Shown here: positions 58,101 to 64,000 of the stretch, piece by piece | Layout of the letters: each line of letters begins with the position of its first letter | Numbering within the stretch: position 1 is the stretch's first letter | Source of the DNA: Bugula neritina | Lineage: Eukaryota; Animalia; Bryozoa | Assembly (NCBI GenBank): GCA_964035545.1 | Contig: OZ037766.1 | Location: 5,446,722-5,510,721 of the forward strand | Length of the DNA: 64,000 nucleotides | Reading direction: 5' to 3' | Program-made: the position numbers and the translations under genes | Notes under the pieces: model-generated | The model's input: the letters and a program-made list of their open reading frames with translations, nothing else | What the model was told of the DNA's origin: nothing | The model's database searches: none

Positions 58101-61100
58101 TGTTAAGCACCGATGGAACACTTTCTAAACATTTTGTGGTAACTGTGGTGAACTAGTATTTCTGTTTTGCTGTTTCTCTAAATATTCGAGTGAATATTGT
58201 AAAAGGGATGGTAGACTAGCCTCAACTGGTCAAGCAGAGTTGCCACCTAATGATGAAGATATACAAGACAATCACCACTTGCCTGGTCGTAGTAGTAGAA
58301 CTAACCATGATGAGCAAGTATATTGTGAATACTGCGGAAATGTTTTTTATGCTGATGAGCTTGAGTCTCACCAGGTAAGGCTCAATCATGTAGGTAATGC
58401 TTAGATTGGAATGATTAGAAATGATATTTTACTTACATTAATTTTGTAATTATGATAAATTATAAGATGGTAACAATTTATCGCTGCCTCATGGCAAGAC
58501 CACATGCTATATATAATAAGCATGTGTTTACATTTGATATCTGATATATTATCATATTATTTTTAAAAACTAAACTTCAACTAAACCTTTAGAGGTCATG
58601 TGATGAAAGTGAGCCCAAAACCTTAGTTCCCTCACATTTTGCTGATGAGAAGAAAGATGGAGCCAATGAAAGTCGTGTTGTGCCGGCTACTTCAAAGCTG
58701 CGTGATATAACCCGTCAGTGGAGTAATACAGATGGTGAATCAGTCAATAGTCATAGCGATGCACCGGGTGAACCCAGAGATGCACCTGGTTCACTCACTG
58801 AAGTACCTGGTACACTCAGTGGAGCACCTGGTACACTCACTGAAGCACCTGGTAGACTCAGTGAAGCACCTGGTAGACTCAGTGAAGCACCTGGTACACT
58901 CAGTGAAGTATCGGTTAAAGACAAACCAGCACAAGACTTGGATAAGCTTACTTCACAGTGTCAGTATTGTATGGAGGAAGTCTCCTTTGATTCACTAGAA
59001 GCACACGAGGTAAAGTTCTGTAATGACTGACTTTCAAAATTACTATTTATCTGTATTTCTCTAAACTTGTTTTTGGAAAAAAATGTGCAAAACTGTAATG
59101 CATGACTAGATGTATATAAAATTATTAAAAATAATTAAATGAGAAACGTTTGTTATTACTACTTAATTTGCATAAATAAAGTAGTAGTTTTTTGCTTATT
59201 TAATTCTAAATGAAATTCAATATTGCATAAGTTCTGTTGATGAATAATTGACTCCTGATGTGTCTAGGATGCGTGCGATTCTAAAGATTTCCAAACAATG
59301 ATACCAATAACCACCTTAAAGCAGGCGGAGGGAGAAAAGTTTCAAAGTAAGACTGCAGCTGATGCAGCTGCTACGGAAGCTGAAACGCAGACAGGAAGTA
59401 CATCAAAGCCTTCAAAAAATGAGAATTTGGCTGCAAGTAGCAATTCAAATGTTGACGGGATAATGTTCCCCTGCTCTTATTGTTCTCAACGATTCCCTAA
59501 TGCCAGTCTTATAAATCATATGGTAAGGCTTATGTCTTGTGAAAAAATGTAGTAATGAACAAGAATGCAAACTTAATGTGCATTTGAATACACCTGATTT
59601 AATATTTAATCATTTTTTACCTTTTAGATACAATGTACGAAAAACCCGTCAAATAAGTCTCAAGGTTTCGCTAGTGAATCACAGAAACCTCAAAGCTTGA
59701 AAGGAAGTGAGGCTGAAGATGACATGCCAAAGTAATCATTTAATTTCTATTTGCTAAATTGGAAACGTTTATTTTGTATCGGAATATGAACTTGCGAAAA
59801 TTGAAAAATATGGAATAATACTTGCTGCACTTTGTATCCTTAGTTTGGGTGAGTTTATCTAGGCAGCATTTGAGCAGTCTCTCAGTTGAAAAACAATAAC
59901 TTTGATGATGTCATCATCTATAGTCAAAGCTAAGGTACATTCAACTAATATACTTTCACCTTATACACTTATGTTAATAACATGTAGTGATTGTAGAACA
60001 CTTTTACTGTAAGCGCATTCAATATATGAGTAATGCAACACGTGTAAGTAGGTTTGATATGTACATGTGTTGTACGCCATCTTATACGGTGCACCTTATA
60101 TGCATGTTTCGTATATATTTTTTTATTTTAAGGGCAGTTAGTTTATTACTATTAAAATATGGCATAAACTTGTAGTTGTCATCTCAACTTTGAACTTTAG
60201 GCAGCATCTGTCAGTTAATTATCCAGCATGATACATTATTTAAATGAGCGTCTTTTATCTGATTATATTTCAATTGATATTTATATTTGATTTTATAATA
60301 ACTTTTATAGAGAAAAATTAGCAAAACAGGCTGAGGTGTTGAGAGAAACATCGGAGAGTGAAAAGACGGAAGAAGTAGACACATTTCCATGTCAATTTTG
60401 TTTGAAATATTTTCCCACCAAAGACCTGGCTAATCACATGGTACTTGTTATTACTTCCAATAGTCTGTCTGATTGATTAAACTCTCATTTATTCCTTTAG
60501 TGAAATATTTTGATTGCAATTGTTGTATATTATAGTATTGAATATTATATTATATATATTATACTATTACTCTTACAAATTGTATTTTTCAGTTCTATGA
60601 TTGTGAAGAATATTTGAAAGAGTGGGAAAAATTATTTAGAATGAAAGCTGCTCAAGCACAGAGTCCAAGGGGCCAACCCCTACCCCCCAGCCAGTCTACT
60701 GATTACATAGATAACAGGGGCTACAGGTAAGTTTGTAAGAACATTGAGACTCATTTAAAGTATTGTTGTTGTTAATATATATACCGATAAATGCGACAAG
60801 ATTGTTTTATTGTCATTATGATTATCATTATGTAACGCTCGTACTCATAGTCATAGAGTTAGACTTAGACATATTCAAGTTTACTTCAATTGGTGTGTAG
60901 TAATAGTAATAGTTCTAATTATGAGTTAAATACAAGTTACTTAGTAACTTACCTACTCTTGAGTTACTTTTTTTTGTTAAACAAGGCTTTCTACAGTTTC
61001 AGTTTAGGATACTCCTATGGGCTGACTATTGTTAATTTTATACTTATCTTATAGTCAAACTAATAGACTAATGGTAATACTAATACACTGATAGAGTATG

Positions 61101-63681
61101 ATTGTGATACTTACTTATATCTGATAAGTATAAGTAGCTTATATTTATACTTAGAGTATTGTCAACATGAACATGCACATCTGGTAGCTAGTCAACCGCT
61201 CAACTTTGAACTTTAAGCAGCATCTTGTTGTTAATTATCCAGCATCATGCATTATTTAAATGAGCGTCTTTTATCTTATTATATTTCAATTGATATTTAT
61301 TTGATTTTATAATAACTTTTATAGGGAAAAATCAGCAAAGCGGGCCGAGGTGTTGAGAGAAACATCGGAGAGTGAAAAGATGGAAGAAGTAGACACATTT
61401 CCATGTCAATTTTGTTTGAAATATTTTCCCCGTAAAGACCTGGCTAATCATATGGTACTTTTTATTACTTCCAATAGTCTGTCCGATTGATTTAATTTTT
61501 ATACTAAATATATTTTTATTCATTTAGTTGGATAATAGTGGCAATTATTATATTATATTATAATATGATGCTATATTATTGCTTTCACAAATTGTATTTT
61601 TTAGGCCTATGATTGTGAAGAATATTTGAAAGAGTGGGAAAAGGTCTTTAAAATGAAAGCTGCTCAAGCACAGAGTCCAAGGGGCCAACCCCTACTCCCC
61701 AGTCAGTCTACTGGTTACATAGATAACAGGGGCTACAGGTACAATTAGTCTTTAGTTTGTAAGAACATTGAGACTCATTTAAAGTATTGCTGTTTTTAAA
61801 AGTTTTGCAGTCACTATAACTGTCATAATTTTTATTTGTGATTGAATTTCATCAGTGAAAAGCCAAAGAGACAAGATGAAGTGTATATGGCACGGCCATC
61901 TTGGGACACTCGACGATATGAAGAAAGAGCAACCAGTTGTAAATACTGTTTGCAAGTTTTTCTTGTATCAGAACTGGAGCATCATCTGGTAAGTGTTGAA
62001 TCATGTTTATAAACTATTTGTAGACAAAAAGAGATGTCATAGTAATTTGCTTTGAGTGTTGGGTTTGTTTATTTATTTCAACATAAATAAAGGATATGTG
62101 AACAAAAATCACAGAGAGAAGTAAGTGGCGCAACAGCCATGCAGTATTTGACAGCATGTGTCGGTAATTGACAGCAATACTATGTATGAGCAAAGTATAA
62201 ACTGTCAGTTAGTGTTGCATCAGTCATCATAACAACACTGCACTTAGTATATTATCAAAGTTTTAAACTACAATGTGAAAAACTTTGAATACTTTTAGGA
62301 ATTTGACTGTGACGAATATGCTAAATTTCGAGATGAAACTTTAAAAAAAGAAATTGCTTATCAAGAGCGAATTGCGGCGATAGAAGAACAGGAAAGACTT
62401 CGTGCAAAGGAACAGATGCCAGTCAGGAAATCTGAAAACACTAATGAATTGCCATTCAAATTACCATCTGGCAAATATTCAAAGCTGAAAGTAGATTTGG
62501 GTGACAATCAAGAAAAGAGAGACAATGAGATCAATACTAAGACCTATTTGCTAGGCTACAGGTAAATCATGATACTTTTAATATAGCGAGGCTTCATGTA
62601 TGCAACTAAAGCTGAGGTACTACATGGGTGCATAATTCTAAATTACAGCCAAATTCTGTCACAGTGACACAGTAATTGCATTGGTTTGCATTGTTGGCAC
62701 GTGTAAACCACAGTCATTGTTGAATGTATTGCTATTGGAACTAAGATGTGAACATATGCAAACTCAAACAGCATGTACATTAGTGTGTTATCTTGACTAC
62801 TGTGAAATATGACCTAGATACATTACAGTTGTCATGGTTACCACTTCCCCTGAAGAACACATGTCTTGAGCCAAGACTTTATGATAAAATTTTGCCCCCA
62901 CTGGGATTCGAACCTGAGACCTCTGGCTTGCAAGCAAATGTGCTAACCATTACACCACGGGGACCACTAGATAATCACAACACTACATCTCACCTAGTTC
63001 TCTGAATCCCACTTGTCTCTCTATTACCCCTTCAGTCTTCAGGCTCCCCTGGCCTCTCAACTCTCTCAGAGTACTACTACGTTTCACTAAAGACCGAAAT
63101 AGCTTATGAAAAAAATTTTGCCCCCCCCCCCGCTGGGATTCTGGGATTGGAACCCGAGACCTCCGGCTTTCAAGCAAGTGTGCGAACGAGGACTACTAGG
63201 TAACCGCTACACTACAGACTTAATAGCTTGATTTGTGTTGTAGGAATGAGCTAGAGGTTAATGAACCACCCCAGCAACAGGTATTGTACTTAGCGTTTTT
63301 TGTGACTAATTTATTAATCTAATTGAACTTTGGGTACGTATTTTGAAAAGAATAAATGTTCAACTTTTTAAGGTTATAAATGCAACAAATTTGTAAAATA
63401 TTTTTCAAATCTCAAATGATAATTTAGTTAATGAAATAATTTATTTTCCATTTTTATTGCACAACTCCCAAGAATACTTCATGTTCTAATTACAGGAGTC
63501 GTGTTCTTTCAAGCCCTTGGTAACCGAGTATGTGAATCCAGACACTAGTAGTACAGGAGCTGTAAACAGGCAGGTTAACCATAAACTAACTGCAGATATG
63601 GATTGTGATGATTATAATGATGACGATGATGTCATCATGGGTGGAGACACAGGCTATCCCTCAATTGTGGGAAATTCCAGG
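55167..63681 (+). CDS. TRAFD1: TRAFD1/XAF1-like TRAF-type zinc-finger protein with an expanded array of C-terminal C2HC fingers; 3'-partial
   Basis: MSHSSGDTLEAECQYC|KNEVPRANLHMHELYCRRHLRVCDVCGETVP..EHMESEH..|EFECSQRRVLCPYCNL..LADHKEVCGSRTDKCEKC matches the TRAFD1/XAF1 N-terminus. Later exons carry IPCEFCE..HQ, CSVC, CEYC, CQYC, CSYC, CQFC (twice) and CKYC fingers. No stop codon was found before the last exon seen (63497-63681). Confidence 0.85.
57298..57414 (+). repeat. Coding 27-bp repeat, (GFGPPARVD) x ~4
   Basis: In frame within the TRAFD1-like exon. Confidence 0.9.
58760..58908 (+). repeat. Coding 21-bp repeat, (EAPG[T/R]LS) x ~7
   Basis: In frame within the TRAFD1-like exon. Confidence 0.9.
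60183..61795 (+). repeat. Recent intragenic duplication of a two-exon zinc-finger cassette (period ~1.01 kb)
   Basis: ~60183-60775 is near-identical to ~61199-61795 in both exons and introns. Confidence 0.93.
62894..63215 (-). mobile_element. Two tandem tRNA-derived SINE/pseudo-tRNA copies in a TRAFD1-like intron
   Basis: Minus strand GTCCCCGTGGTGTAATGGTTAGCAC...GGTTCGAATCCCAGTGGGGGC (62894-62965) has A and B boxes but mismatched T and anticodon stems. A second decayed copy at ~63120-63215 shares its flanks. Confidence 0.7.
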
Positions 63682-64000
63682 TTGGTGAACACCTCGCTTG
63701 TTAAAGCGTGTATTGTATGTTTATATACATGCACATGTTAATGTTTATGTATTCTGTGTTGATCTTTATTCTAAACAGAAGTATCTTTTATACTGGAATT
63801 TAATCAATAAATAAGGAAGCCATGTTAGGAGAGAATGTCTACTTGCTGTAATATAAACTAGTGTTACTATTAACCTGTCACAGGTTTGAAACTCTATGCT
63901 ATTGCATGGCTTTTTCATTTTTTAAATTGTATGAGTTTTAAACCACTTTCCTTGCCCAGTATATACAATCATGGTCTGGCATATCTGTTTGTTATGTGTA

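Noticed and set aside
62894-62965. Functional tRNA-Cys or tRNA-Gln gene
   Set aside because: The T-stem has two mismatches, the anticodon stem is imperfect, and a decayed sister copy is adjacent, so it is better explained as a SINE or pseudogene.

Overview
AT-rich, intron-rich eukaryotic DNA, most likely an invertebrate metazoan (inference). I reconstructed seven spliced genes by hand. (1) HPS5-like BLOC-2 subunit with a C-terminal RING-H2 finger (-, 706-15039), head-to-head with (2) TMEM106-like (+, ~17927-21147). (3) Glyoxalase II/HAGH (-, 21757-26151). (4-6) Three tandem class-I PITP paralogs (+, 29415-33150, 38837-43214, 47205-53359). (7) A TRAFD1/XAF1-like multi-zinc-finger gene (+, from 55167 to past the window end). 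Repeats include a Harbinger-like MITE, a 1.26-kb foldback element, tRNA-derived SINE-like copies and mini/microsatellites. The most notable observations follow. Two HPS5 intronic tandem arrays are amplified splice junctions: about 52 acceptor copies upstream of the RING-bearing tail and about 7 donor copies. The PITP paralogs show exon-scale mosaic gene conversion, lipid-pocket substitutions, a new cryptic donor and an intron difference. TRAFD1/XAF1 has a kB plus IRF-like cassette upstream and ongoing zinc-finger exon duplication. Alternating ATT/ATC and AGT/ACT compositional blocks flank the putative promoters. Family assignments rest on motif recall, not database searches, and exon coordinates are manual.
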